DNA from: Escherichia phage T2
Reading direction: 5' to 3' (one strand)
Sequence record: NC_054931.1
DNA: 64,000 bases
A program made the position numbers and the translations under genes. Positions 1 through 11,330 of the stretch are shown here, piece by piece (position 1 is the stretch's first letter; each line of letters starts with the position of its first letter). The notes under the pieces are model-generated. The model was given only the letters and a program-made list of their open reading frames with translations. It was not told where the DNA came from and did not search any database.

Positions 1-1
1 G

Positions 2-514
2 TCTCCAGCTGGTTATAATCGTGGCCAGATTCTTAACGTTATTAAACTTGCTATTGAAACTCGCCAGGCTCAGCGCGACCGTTTATACCAAGAAGCTATC
101 AACCCAGTAACTGGTACAGGTGGCGATGGTTACGTATTGTATGGTGATAAAACAGCTACTTCTGTTCCTTCTCCATTTGATCGTATTAACGTTCGTCGTC
201 TGTTTAATATGTTGAAAACGAATATCGGACGTAGTTCAAAATATCGTTTGTTCGAATTAAACAACGCGTTTACTCGTTCATCATTCCGCACAGAAACTGC
301 CCAGTACTTGCAGGGAATTAAAGCTCTCGGTGGAATTTATGAATATCGTGTAGTTTGCGATACAACAAATAACACTCCGTCAGTAATTGATAGAAATGAG
401 TTTGTTGCAACATTCTACATCCAACCTGCGCGCAGTATAAATTATATTACTTTGAATTTCGTCGCAACGGCTACTGGTGCAGATTTCGATGAGTTAACTG
501 GTCTTGCAGGTTAA
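2..514 (+). CDS. 18: tail sheath protein, C-terminal fragment (5' end outside window)
   Basis: Frame of ORF 137..514 stays open back to the window start; sequence matches the T4 gp18 C-terminus and lies directly upstream of gene 19. Confidence 0.85.
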   Translation, partial: SPAGYNRGQILNVIKLAIETRQAQRDRLYQEAINPVTGTGGDGYVLYGDKTATSVPSPFDRINVRRLFNMLKTNIGRSSKYRLFELNNAFTRSSFRTETAQYLQGIKALGGIYEYRVVCDTTNNTPSVIDRNEFVATFYIQPARSINYITLNFVATATGADFDELTGLAG

Positions 515-549
515 TACGGTGCATTCTAAAGGCCTGTTTCGGCAGGCCA

Positions 550-557
550 TATAAATA
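550..557 (+). promoter_or_regulatory. T4-type late promoter motif TATAAATA (upstream of 19)
   Basis: Exact TATAAATA about 75 nt before the ATG. Confidence 0.55.
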
Positions 558-630
558 CACTATATCCTTAATTCTTTAATTCTATATGCCCTAGGTTAAA
601 CATAGGGATATAAATACTACAGAGGCTAAT

Positions 631-1122
631 ATGTTTGTAGATGATGTAACACGCGCGTTTGAATCAGGTGATTTTGCGCGACCTAACTTATTCCAAGTAG
701 AAATTTCTTATCTTGGACAAAATTTTACGTTTCAATGTAAAGCCACTGCTTTACCAGCTGGTATTGTAGAAAAAATTCCAGTCGGATTTATGAACCGTAA
801 AATTAACGTAGCAGGCGATCGTACATTCGATGACTGGACTGTTACAGTAATGAACGATGAAGCTCATGATGCTCGCCAGAAGTTCGTTGATTGGCAAAGC
901 ATTGCTGCGGGGCAAGGAAACGAAATTACTGGTGGAAAACCTGCAGAGTATAAAAAGAGCGCTATCGTTCGTCAATATGCTCGTGACGCTAAAACAGTAA
1001 CAAAAGAAATTGAAATTAAAGGTCTGTGGCCTACTAACGTGGGTGAACTTCAATTAGATTGGGATTCAAACAATGAAATCCAAACATTTGAAGTAACTCT
1101 TGCTCTCGATTATTGGGAATAA
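631..1122 (+). CDS. 19: tail tube protein
   Basis: 163 aa ORF, length and sequence as T4 gp19; TATAAATA late promoter motif upstream. Confidence 0.93.
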   Translation: MFVDDVTRAFESGDFARPNLFQVEISYLGQNFTFQCKATALPAGIVEKIPVGFMNRKINVAGDRTFDDWTVTVMNDEAHDARQKFVDWQSIAAGQGNEITGGKPAEYKKSAIVRQYARDAKTVTKEIEIKGLWPTNVGELQLDWDSNNEIQTFEVTLALDYWE

Positions 1123-1154
1123 AATGAATGGGGAGAAATCCCCATCCTGCTTAA

Positions 1155-2779
<1,625 letters not shown>

Positions 2780-2780
<1 letters not shown>

Positions 2781-3013
2781 TGGAAGGTTTAATTGAAGCT
2801 ATTAAATCAAACGACCTCGTAGCCGCTCGTAAATTATTTGCTGAAGCCATGGCTGCAAGAACGATTGATTTAATTAAAGAAGAAAAAATCGCTATCGCTC
2901 GTAATTTCTTAATCGAAGGTGAAGAACCTGAAGACGAGGATGAAGATGAAGATGATGACGAAGATAGCGATGATAAAGACGAAGACTCTGACGAAGACGA
3001 GGATGATGAATAA
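2780..3013 (+). CDS. 67: prohead core protein with acidic Asp/Glu-rich C-terminal tract
   Basis: 77 aa ORF overlapping the gene 20 stop; N-terminus as T4 gp67; acidic tail [14 protein letters not shown]. Confidence 0.85.
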
Positions 3014-3438
3014 TGCTTCTGATCCCTGAAACTCATGAATTAGTTCTCGAAAGTGTCGAAGCACTTATTACTGAAGCACAGGGTCGCTTTGACGAATTGT
3101 CTTCTGCTTTAAATAAAGACGATATAAATACAATTGTCGAGAATATGCTTGATGATGAAACTGATTTAGCGGTTGCATTAGCTTCTATTAATGAAAATAT
3201 GCCGTTAAATGAATTTATCGTTAAACATGTTTCCGCCCGTGGTGAAATTACTCGCACTAAAGATCGCAAAACCCGCGAACGAAATGCATTTCAAACCACT
3301 GGGCTGTCTAAAGCAAAACGTAGACAAATTGCTCGTAAAGCTACCAAAACGAAGATTGCCAATCCAGCAGGTCAATCTCGTGCTCAGCGTAAGCGTAAAA
3401 AAGCTCTTAAACGCCGTAAAGCATTAGGATTAAGCTAA
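3013..3438 (+). CDS. 68: prohead core protein
   Basis: 141 aa ORF, position and size as T4 gp68. Confidence 0.85.
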   Translation: MLLIPETHELVLESVEALITEAQGRFDELSSALNKDDINTIVENMLDDETDLAVALASINENMPLNEFIVKHVSARGEITRTKDRKTRERNAFQTTGLSKAKRRQIARKATKTKIANPAGQSRAQRKRKKALKRRKALGLS

Positions 3439-4076
3439 TGAATGAACCCCAATTACTAATTGAAACTTGGGGTCAACCTGGCGAAATTATTGATGGCGTG
3501 CCAATGCTTGAATCTCATGATGGAAAAGACTTAGGTTTAAAACCGGGTTTATACATCGAAGGAATATTCATGCAAGCGGAAGTCGTCAATAGAAATAAAC
3601 GTCTTTATCCAAAACGTATATTAGAAAAAGCGGTAAAAGACTATATTAATGAGCAAGTTTTAACTAAACAAGCTCTCGGAGAATTAAATCATCCTCCACG
3701 CGCTAATGTTGACCCGATGCAAGCCGCTATCATTATAGAAGATATGTGGTGGAAAGGAAATGACGTATACGGACGAGCTCGTGTTATTGAAGGTGACCAT
3801 GGTCCTGGAGATAAATTAGCAGCTAATATTCGTGCCGGATGGATTCCAGGAGTTTCTTCTCGTGGATTAGGTTCATTGACTGACACAAATAAAGGTTATC
3901 GTATCGTAAACGAAGGATTCAAATTAACTGTAGGTGTTGATGCAGTATGGGGTCCAAGTGCTCCAGATGCATGGGTAACTCCTAAGGAAATTACCGAATC
4001 ACAGACGGCGGAAGCCGATACAAGTGCCGATGACGCCTATATGGCTCTCGCAGAGGCCATGAAAAAAGCGTTATAA
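3438..4076 (+). CDS. 21: prohead core scaffold protein and protease
   Basis: 212 aa ORF, size, position and sequence as T4 gp21. Confidence 0.93.
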   Translation: MNEPQLLIETWGQPGEIIDGVPMLESHDGKDLGLKPGLYIEGIFMQAEVVNRNKRLYPKRILEKAVKDYINEQVLTKQALGELNHPPRANVDPMQAAIIIEDMWWKGNDVYGRARVIEGDHGPGDKLAANIRAGWIPGVSSRGLGSLTDTNKGYRIVNEGFKLTVGVDAVWGPSAPDAWVTPKEITESQTAEADTSADDAYMALAEAMKKAL

Positions 4077-4079
4077 ATA
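4072..4079 (+). promoter_or_regulatory. T4-type late promoter motif TATAAATA (upstream of 22)
   Basis: Exact motif at the 21/22 junction. Confidence 0.5.
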
Positions 4080-4106
4080 TTATTATCTAAACAACAGGAC
4101 TACAAA

Positions 4107-4916
4107 ATGCTTAAAGAACAACTGATTGCCGAAGCGCAGAAAATTGATGCTTCCGTTGCTCTTGATAGTATTTTCGAATCAGTTAATATTTCTCCGGAAG
4201 CAAAAGAAACTTTCGGCACTGTATTCGAAGCTACCGTCAAGCAGCACGCCGTTAAATTAGCTGAATCTCATATCGCTAAAATTGCTGAAAAAGCAGAAGA
4301 AGAAGTAGAAAAAAATAAAGAAGAAGCCGAAGAAAAAGCTGAGAAGAAAATCGCTGAGCAAGCTTCTAAATTCATTGACCATCTTGCAAAAGAATGGCTC
4401 GCTGAAAATAAATTAGCAGTTGATAAAGGCATCAAAGCCGAACTGTTTGAATCCATGCTTGGTGGATTAAAAGAGCTCTTTGTTGAACACAACGTTGTTG
4501 TTCCAGAAGAATCAGTTGATATTGTAGCTGAAATGGAAGAAGAGCTGCAAGAACATAAAGAAGAATCAGCTCGTCTGTTCGAAGAACTCAATATGCGCGA
4601 CGCATATATCAATTATGTGCAGCGTGAAGTGGCATTGAGCGAAAGTACTAAAGATCTGACTGAGTCTCAAAAAGAAAAAGTCTCTGCTCTGGTCGAAGGT
4701 ATGGATTATTCAGATGCATTCTCAAGTAAATTGAGTGCCATCGTAGAAATGGTGAAGAAGTCTAATAAAGATGAAAGCACTATTACTGATGGTATAAATA
4801 CTCCTGATACTGAAGCAGCCGGACTGAATTTCGTCACTGAAGCTGTAGAAGATAAAGCTGCACATGGTGCAGAAGATATTGTAAGTGTATATGCGAAAGT
4901 CGCATCTCGTTTCTAA
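4107..4916 (+). CDS. 22: prohead core scaffold protein
   Basis: 269 aa ORF, acidic coiled-coil-like sequence as T4 gp22. Confidence 0.9.
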   Translation: MLKEQLIAEAQKIDASVALDSIFESVNISPEAKETFGTVFEATVKQHAVKLAESHIAKIAEKAEEEVEKNKEEAEEKAEKKIAEQASKFIDHLAKEWLAENKLAVDKGIKAELFESMLGGLKELFVEHNVVVPEESVDIVAEMEEELQEHKEESARLFEELNMRDAYINYVQREVALSESTKDLTESQKEKVSALVEGMDYSDAFSSKLSAIVEMVKKSNKDESTITDGINTPDTEAAGLNFVTEAVEDKAAHGAEDIVSVYAKVASRF

Positions 4917-4934
4917 TTTTAAAGGTTAACACAA

Positions 4935-6500
4935 ATGACTATCAAAACTAAAGCTGAACTTTTGAACAAATGGAAGCCATTACTGGAAGGTGAAGGTTTA
5001 CCGGAAATTGCTAATAGCAAACAAGCGATTATCGCTAAAATCTTTGAAAACCAGGAAAAAGATTTCCAGACAGCTCCGGAATATAAAGACGAAAAAATTG
5101 CTCAGGCATTCGGTTCTTTCTTAACAGAAGCTGAAATCGGTGGTGACCACGGTTACAATGCTACCAACATCGCTGCAGGTCAGACTTCTGGCGCAGTAAC
5201 TCAGATTGGCCCAGCTGTTATGGGTATGGTACGTCGTGCTATTCCTAACCTGATTGCTTTCGATATTTGTGGTGTTCAGCCGATGAACAGCCCGACTGGC
5301 CAGGTATTCGCACTGCGCGCAGTATACGGTAAAGACCCGGTCGCTTCTGGTGCTAAAGAAGCATTCCACCCAATGTATGGTCCAGATGCAATGTTCTCTG
5401 GTCAGGGTGCTGCTAAGAAATTCGCTGCTTTGAAAGCAAGTGATACTCTTGAAGTCGGAACTATTTACACTCACTTCTTCCAGGAAACTGGTACTGTATA
5501 TCTGCAAGCTACAGAAGTTAAACAAATCGATGTCGGTGCTAGTGATGCAGCTAAATTAGATGCTGAAATTAAGAAACAAATGGAAGCTGGTGTACTGGTA
5601 GAAATCGCTGAAGGTATGGCTACTTCTATCGCTGAACTTCAGGAAGGTTTCAATGGTTCTACCGATAACCCATGGAATGAAATGGGCTTCCGTATCGATA
5701 AGCAAGTTATCGAAGCTAAATCTCGCCAGCTGAAAGCTGCTTACTCTATTGAATTAGCACAAGACCTCCGCGCTGTTCACGGTATGGATGCTGATGCTGA
5801 ACTGTCTGGTATTCTGGCTACAGAAATTATGCTGGAAATCAACCGTGAAGTTGTTGATTGGATTAACTACTCAGCTCAGGTTGGTAAATCTGGTATGACC
5901 CTGACTCCAGGTTCTAAAGCTGGTGTATTTGACTTCCAGGACCCAATCGATATTCGTGGTGCTCGCTGGGCGGGTGAATCCTTTAAAGCTCTGTTGTTCC
6001 AGATTGACAAAGAAGCAGTTGAAATTGCTCGTCAGACCGGTCGTGGTGAAGGTAACTTCATTATCGCTTCCCGTAACGTAGTTAACGTTCTGGCTTCAGT
6101 TGATACCGGCATTTCTTATGCTGCACAGGGTCTGGCTACCGGCTTCAACACTGATACTACCAAGTCAGTATTTGCTGGTGTTCTGGGTGGTAAATACCGC
6201 GTATATATCGACCAGTATGCTAAACAGGATTATTTCACTGTAGGTTATAAAGGTCCGAACGAAATGGATGCTGGTATTTACTATGCTCCATATGTAGCTC
6301 TGACTCCGCTGCGTGGTTCCGATCCGAAGAACTTCCAACCGGTAATGGGATTCAAAACTCGTTACGGTATCGGTATCAACCCATTTGCAGAATCCGCTGC
6401 TCAGGCTCCGGCTTCTCGCATCCAGAGCGGTATGCCTTCTATTCTGAATAGCCTTGGTAAAAACGCTTACTTTAGACGTGTATATGTTAAAGGTATCTAA
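4935..6500 (+). CDS. 23: major capsid protein
   Basis: 521 aa ORF; N-terminus MTIKTKAELLNKWKPLLEGEGLPEIANSKQ recognisable as T4 gp23. Confidence 0.98.
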   Translation: MTIKTKAELLNKWKPLLEGEGLPEIANSKQAIIAKIFENQEKDFQTAPEYKDEKIAQAFGSFLTEAEIGGDHGYNATNIAAGQTSGAVTQIGPAVMGMVRRAIPNLIAFDICGVQPMNSPTGQVFALRAVYGKDPVASGAKEAFHPMYGPDAMFSGQGAAKKFAALKASDTLEVGTIYTHFFQETGTVYLQATEVKQIDVGASDAAKLDAEIKKQMEAGVLVEIAEGMATSIAELQEGFNGSTDNPWNEMGFRIDKQVIEAKSRQLKAAYSIELAQDLRAVHGMDADAELSGILATEIMLEINREVVDWINYSAQVGKSGMTLTPGSKAGVFDFQDPIDIRGARWAGESFKALLFQIDKEAVEIARQTGRGEGNFIIASRNVVNVLASVDTGISYAAQGLATGFNTDTTKSVFAGVLGGKYRVYIDQYAKQDYFTVGYKGPNEMDAGIYYAPYVALTPLRGSDPKNFQPVMGFKTRYGIGINPFAESAAQAPASRIQSGMPSILNSLGKNAYFRRVYVKGI

Positions 6501-6511
6501 TCTTTGACGAT

Positions 6512-6545
6512 TTAAGGGACCTTCGGGTCCCTTTAGTTGTTTTTA
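6512..6545 (+). terminator. rho-independent terminator after gene 23
   Basis: Hairpin GGGACC-TTCG-GGTCCC followed by a T-rich run. Confidence 0.65.
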
Positions 6546-6548
6546 TGG

Positions 6549-6556
6549 TATAAATA
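6549..6556 (+). promoter_or_regulatory. T4-type late promoter motif TATAAATA (upstream of 24)
   Basis: Exact motif in the 23-24 intergenic region after the gene 23 terminator. Confidence 0.55.
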
Positions 6557-6583
6557 AATCATATAAACCAAAAGGAAAGCGCA

Positions 6584-7867
6584 ATGGCTAAAATCAACGA
6601 ACTTCTGCGCGAATCAACCACAACGAATAGCAACTCAATCGGTCGCCCAAATCTCGTTGCTTTGACTCGCGCTACCACTAAATTAATATATTCTGACATT
6701 GTAGCAACGCAAAGAACTAATCAACCTGTTGCTGCTTTTTATGGTATCAAATACCTTAACCCAGACAACGAATTTACATTTAAAACTGGTGCTACTTATG
6801 CTGGCGAAGCTGGATATGTAGACCGAGAACAAATCACAGAATTAACAGAAGAGTCTAAATTAACTCTCAATAAAGGCGATTTATTCAAATATAATAATAT
6901 CGTTTATAAAGTATTAGAAGATACACCATTTGCTGATATTGAAGAAAGCGACTTAGAGCTGGCTCTTCAGATTGCAATTGTTCTTTTAAAGGTTCGTCTA
7001 TTTTCTGACGCAGCGTCAACAAGCAAATTTGAAAGCTCTGATAGTGAAATTGCGGATGCTAGATTCCAGATTAATAAATGGCAAACCGCGGTTAAATCTC
7101 GTAAACTTAAAACTGGCATCACAGTTGAATTAGCGCAAGATTTAGAAGCAAATGGATTCGATGCTCCTAATTTCTTGGAAGATTTGCTTGCAACTGAAAT
7201 GGCAGATGAAATCAATAAAGATATTCTGCAATCTTTGATTACAGTGTCAAAACGCTATAAAGTTACAGGAATTACTGATAGTGGATTCATCGATTTGAGT
7301 TATGCGTCTGCACCTGAAGCTGGTCGTTCATTATACCGAATGGTATGTGAAATTGTTTCGCATATCCAAAAAGAATCAACTTATACAGCAACGTTCTGTG
7401 TTGCTTCTGCTCGTGCCGCTGCGATTCTTGCTGCATCAGGTTGGTTAAAACATAAACCAGAAGATGACAAATATCTTTCACAAAATGCCTACGGGTTATT
7501 AGCTAATGGTTTACCGCTTTATTGCGATACTAACAGCCCATTAGATTATGTAATCGTTGGTGTAGTAGAAAATATCGGTGAAAAAGAAATTGTTGGATCA
7601 ATTTTCTATGCTCCGTATACAGAAGGTCTCGACTTAGATGACCCTGAACATGTAGGCGCATTTAAAGTTGTTGTTGATCCAGAAAGCTTACAACCGTCTA
7701 TCAGTTTATTAGTTAGATATGCTTTATCAGCAAATCCTTATACCGTAGCAAAAGATGAAAAAGAAGCAAGAGTAATTGATGGTGGAGACATGGATAAAAT
7801 GGCGGGTCGTTCAGATTTGTCTGTTTTATTAGGTGTTAAATTACCAAAAATTATTATTGATGAATAA
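6584..7867 (+). CDS. 24: capsid vertex protein
   Basis: 427 aa ORF, gp23 paralog in the expected position; late promoter motif upstream. Confidence 0.95.
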   Translation: MAKINELLRESTTTNSNSIGRPNLVALTRATTKLIYSDIVATQRTNQPVAAFYGIKYLNPDNEFTFKTGATYAGEAGYVDREQITELTEESKLTLNKGDLFKYNNIVYKVLEDTPFADIEESDLELALQIAIVLLKVRLFSDAASTSKFESSDSEIADARFQINKWQTAVKSRKLKTGITVELAQDLEANGFDAPNFLEDLLATEMADEINKDILQSLITVSKRYKVTGITDSGFIDLSYASAPEAGRSLYRMVCEIVSHIQKESTYTATFCVASARAAAILAASGWLKHKPEDDKYLSQNAYGLLANGLPLYCDTNSPLDYVIVGVVENIGEKEIVGSIFYAPYTEGLDLDDPEHVGAFKVVVDPESLQPSISLLVRYALSANPYTVAKDEKEARVIDGGDMDKMAGRSDLSVLLGVKLPKIIIDE

Positions 7868-7897
7868 AACAAAGGGACCGAAAGGTCCCTTTTTATT
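7868..7897. terminator. bidirectional hairpin terminator between 24 and rnlB
   Basis: AAAGGGACC-GAAA-GGTCCCTTTTT, flanked by A-run and T-run. Confidence 0.6.
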
Positions 7898-8897
7898 TAG
7901 CTCACCAACTCAATCCAAGCTGGACGAAGTACATCTTACCATTTTAACTAATTCCTTTTTAATCAAAGAAGGATTATCTGCTTGAGTTAGAGTAATACCT
8001 TCACGAGAAGTTTCTTCCAAAATATCTTGAACAGTTAGCCCCATCACCTTTCCAAAATCCTTTGGACCAATTTCGCCAATTTTAGAAATAACGTTATTTA
8101 CACGGTTCAGTGTAACGTAACAAGCTAAAATTCCCACCAATTTGTTATCAGCTTCTGATAGTTCAACTTTAGCTTTAATAGGCTTATCAGACTTTTTCTT
8201 TTCACTAAATTTGGAATTCTTGCATTTAATTGCTACACGATTTCCATTATGAAGCCAAGAAGGATAACAAGGTTTCAATACATATCCTTCAGCAGTAAAT
8301 ACTTCGCCTTTTGCTTCGGCATTCCAAACGCATTTATTTGCATCAACTAATCCAGCATGGTCTACTGTAAAATTATAATCTTGGACGACAGAATCTAAAT
8401 CATTTGGCAATTTAATAAGCTCTTCAAATTTACCGCGACCTAAAAGTGGAGCAATTTTAAATTTAAATGTATTACAGAATGATTCCATCATATAATCATC
8501 AACATAAGTCACATCACCACTTTCTGTAGTGACAATAATGTCAAATACATAAAAATCTTTATCGCCATAATCAACATTCTTCTGAATGCCAGGTCCAGCG
8601 AATTCGCCAAAGACTTGATAAGATACAACCGCTGAGGTTTCCATAATATCTTGTACTGCTTTAATGGAATCAGCGTAATTCTTTAGAATAATTTCATACC
8701 CAAAGAAATCTTCAGCAGGAAGAATCGGTCCAGTACGTTTAGCACAAGTTACTTTATCACGCTCAATAATCAATGAGAAATTTGTGCCGTGAATCTTTTC
8801 ACGAGCTACCCATTCGCCGCCAGTCAATCCCAAGCTGTAAAGTTTTTCAATAAATTTAGAGTTGTAATGATTTTCAAGACTGCTACTTTTTAAACAT
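7897..8897 (-). pseudogene. rnlB: RNA ligase 2, interrupted by two apparent frameshifts
   Basis: ORF 7910..8833 carries the ligase core (EKIHGTN lysine motif) but opens at TTG; the ATG with a good RBS at about 8897 reads MFKK then stops; the C-terminal [12 protein letters not shown] is in another frame ending about 7897. Confidence 0.7.
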
Positions 8898-8906
8898 AAT
8901 TAATCC

Positions 8907-9182
8907 TCAAAATGTAATTTCTAACCAATCACCATCACGCTGATCACTATTGACTTTAAAATTAAATCCTTCTTTTCTCAGCCAATCACCAATTTCTTCA
9001 GTAATCAATTTATCGCGAGCAGTATAATAACTAAAATATGTTTTACCTTGTTCAGCTGCTTTATTAGCAAGTTCCGAAAAATCTTTAATAAAACACTCTA
9101 GCTTAAACTGTTTACTTTTTAATGCTTTTTCGCGTAATTGATTAGCAAAAGATTCATTTTCATAAAGTTCATACTGTTCCAT
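8907..9182 (-). CDS. hypothetical protein (T4 24.2/24.3 region)
   Basis: 91 aa ORF with AAGGTGA RBS; overlaps the upstream ORF by 14 nt. Confidence 0.6.
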   Translation of the reverse strand: MEQYELYENESFANQLREKALKSKQFKLECFIKDFSELANKAAEQGKTYFSYYTARDKLITEEIGDWLRKEGFNFKVNSDQRDGDWLEITF

Positions 9183-9384
9183 TTTTCACCTTTTTATTGA
9201 TATGTCTTTTTCTATAGACAACTTTTTCTCGAGTTTCAAATTTATTCTTAGCAGTCATAGCTCGAGCCCATAATACAGCCACTTCTTTTGCATGTAAGTT
9301 TAATTCACGAGCAATTTCAATGAATGACTTTCCAGACTCATGAAGAGTAAACACCACAACCTCAGTTCTCATATTCAATCTCAT
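9169..9384 (-). CDS. hypothetical small protein, possible helix-turn-helix
   Basis: 71 aa ORF; segment SFIEIARELNLHAKEVAVLWAR resembles an HTH; weak RBS. Confidence 0.5.
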   Translation of the reverse strand: MRLNMRTEVVVFTLHESGKSFIEIARELNLHAKEVAVLWARAMTAKNKFETREKVVYRKRHINKKVKNGTV

Positions 9385-9473
9385 GTTATCGAGTTGGTGC
9401 CATTATATACATCATTTTCTGATTGTGTTTTGTGTGCTTTCAAAATGAAGAAAGGGGCCGAAGCCCCTTATGA

Positions 9474-10590
9474 TTATGGATAGGTATAGATGATACCAGT
9501 TTCTAAAGCAGTTTTATGAATGATGTATCCATTACGCGATTCTTGGACATCAACTTCTGGATAGTCTTTCATCATCTTCTGAAGAGTGTAACGATGCAGG
9601 TAGTATTTACTCTGGATCTTCAGTTTTCCAATCTTTACCTTCTTCAGTCATTTTTTGGATTTCATCCATAACCCACCAACCGCACCAGATGTAAGCTGAA
9701 GTACGATGTGGAAGAGGATGAACATAAGGTAATTCACCTTCTGGTTCTGGAGCAACTTTATCAGTTACCTGAACTTGACCTGTTGTTTTAACTGTTTTGC
9801 TATCATAATCAGTAGCAGTAACGACGGCAGTCACTTCAATAGTTTGACTTCCAACAGATGAAGTATCAACGGTATATACATTAGTTGACCCTTCTACAGG
9901 AGAAGAATCTTTCTTCCATGAATAAGTAATTTGCGCTTCTTCTGGAGCATCAGTAACATTAGCAGTAAATGTAGCCGAAGCATCTTGTTGAACGTTAATA
10001 GAAGGAGGAGTCAATGTAACCTGTGGATTCATTGTCTTCTTATTAACCGTTAATGACACTTCATTAGAAGTAACGCTTAGTGCATCATAATCTGTCGCGG
10101 TTACTTGAGCTACACACTTGATTTTTTAACTCCACTTGTAGTTGGAGTATAGCTAAATGTAGAGTTAGTTTCTCCACCAACTTGTGAATCATCTACATAC
10201 CACTGATACGTAGCAGATGCTCCATCAGGTTGAGAAGCTAAGGCAGCAGTAAATTGAACTGGGGTTCCGATTACTCCAGCGTCAGGGCTATTAGGAGTTA
10301 CAGCTAAGGTGGTCGTTTGTGTCTTATTTTGAACTGTGATAGTTGTAGTAGCTTCTGCTGTTTCAGCTTCAGCTTCTGGAATTGTATTTGTTGCAACTAC
10401 TTTAATAGTCTTTTGACCGGCAGGTATAACTAAAAGTTGCTTCAGCTCCATCTTGTGGAACATTATCTACGCTCCAAGCATAGGTAATAGTTCCACCTTC
10501 AGTTTGACCACTGGGTGCAGCAGTAAACTGCTTGGTTTCATCAATAACCCCTGTCGGTGTTTTAGGAGTTATATCAACTGTAAAAGTCAT
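9474..10590 (-). pseudogene. hoc: outer capsid protein Hoc, interrupted by at least three frameshifts
   Basis: Three track ORFs (10402..10590, 10110..10463, 9607..10059) in different frames together encode the Ig-like Hoc domains; the capsid-binding C-terminus (YYLHRYTLQKMMKDYPEVDVQESRNGYIIHKTALETGIIYTYP) is in a further frame below 9607. Confidence 0.75.
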
Positions 10591-10599
10591 AAGTTATCC

Positions 10600-11280
10600 T
10601 TATTTTAATGTTACGAAAGAAGAATTGCGTGTTTCACGAATTAAAACTGATCCGTCGCGGTTAATGTAATAAATTAAGCTAAATAAAGTTTGGTGTGCTG
10701 ACGCATGTTCAAAACTAGTTGGGTGAGATTTCCAATCCGGAGTTTCAGCAATCCATTGATAAATCCACCAAGGAACAGTGCAGAATCCTGGATTTTTTCC
10801 AATCAGCTGAAGATTCGGACTAAAGTTTTCCGGAAGAGTAAATACAGACGGCTTTTCAGATTCAATAATCTCAGCTACAGCTTGTTCAAACTTTTCTTCA
10901 ACAAAAGGAGTATCTTCAATCAAAACATCGGTATTTTCAGGAATTTTATCCGTTTCTACTACTTCAATTTTAATGTCAGATTTAACCGGAGAATCAATCA
11001 GAAGTGCTGCTTCTGGATTGACTTCTTCATCGTCATATTTTAATCCCTCTGCGGCATCAGCAGCATCAATTAAGTCTTTAATAGATAACCCATCAGTCTC
11101 TGGCATAGGTTCACTAGCGAGCTTCTGGAGGGCTTCTTCAATATCAACAACGATATTATCAAAAGATTTATTCTTTTTGACCTTTATACCAAACTGTTCA
11201 GCATATTCAGCTAATTTAGCTTTAGCTTCTTTGTTATCATCAAGAGCCTTCAGCTCTGCAATATAATCTTTATCTATCAT
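10600..11280 (-). CDS. inh: inhibitor of prohead protease
   Basis: 226 aa ORF, size and position as T4 inh, next to hoc. Confidence 0.8.
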   Translation of the reverse strand: MIDKDYIAELKALDDNKEAKAKLAEYAEQFGIKVKKNKSFDNIVVDIEEALQKLASEPMPETDGLSIKDLIDAADAAEGLKYDDEEVNPEAALLIDSPVKSDIKIEVVETDKIPENTDVLIEDTPFVEEKFEQAVAEIIESEKPSVFTLPENFSPNLQLIGKNPGFCTVPWWIYQWIAETPDWKSHPTSFEHASAHQTLFSLIYYINRDGSVLIRETRNSSFVTLK

Positions 11281-11330
11281 AATATTTCCTCAGTATAAAT
11301 ATAGATATATTTATTACATGGTATTTAGAC

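Noticed and set aside
4268-4612. 114-aa Ser-rich minus-strand ORF
   Set aside because: Antisense to the well-supported scaffold gene 22; an artefact of biased codon composition.
5121-5525. 134-aa minus-strand ORF inside gene 23
   Set aside because: Fully embedded antisense to the major capsid gene; no independent signals.
10705-11266. Two plus-strand ORFs (112 and 97 aa)
   Set aside because: Both lie antisense within inh; low-complexity translations without an RBS.
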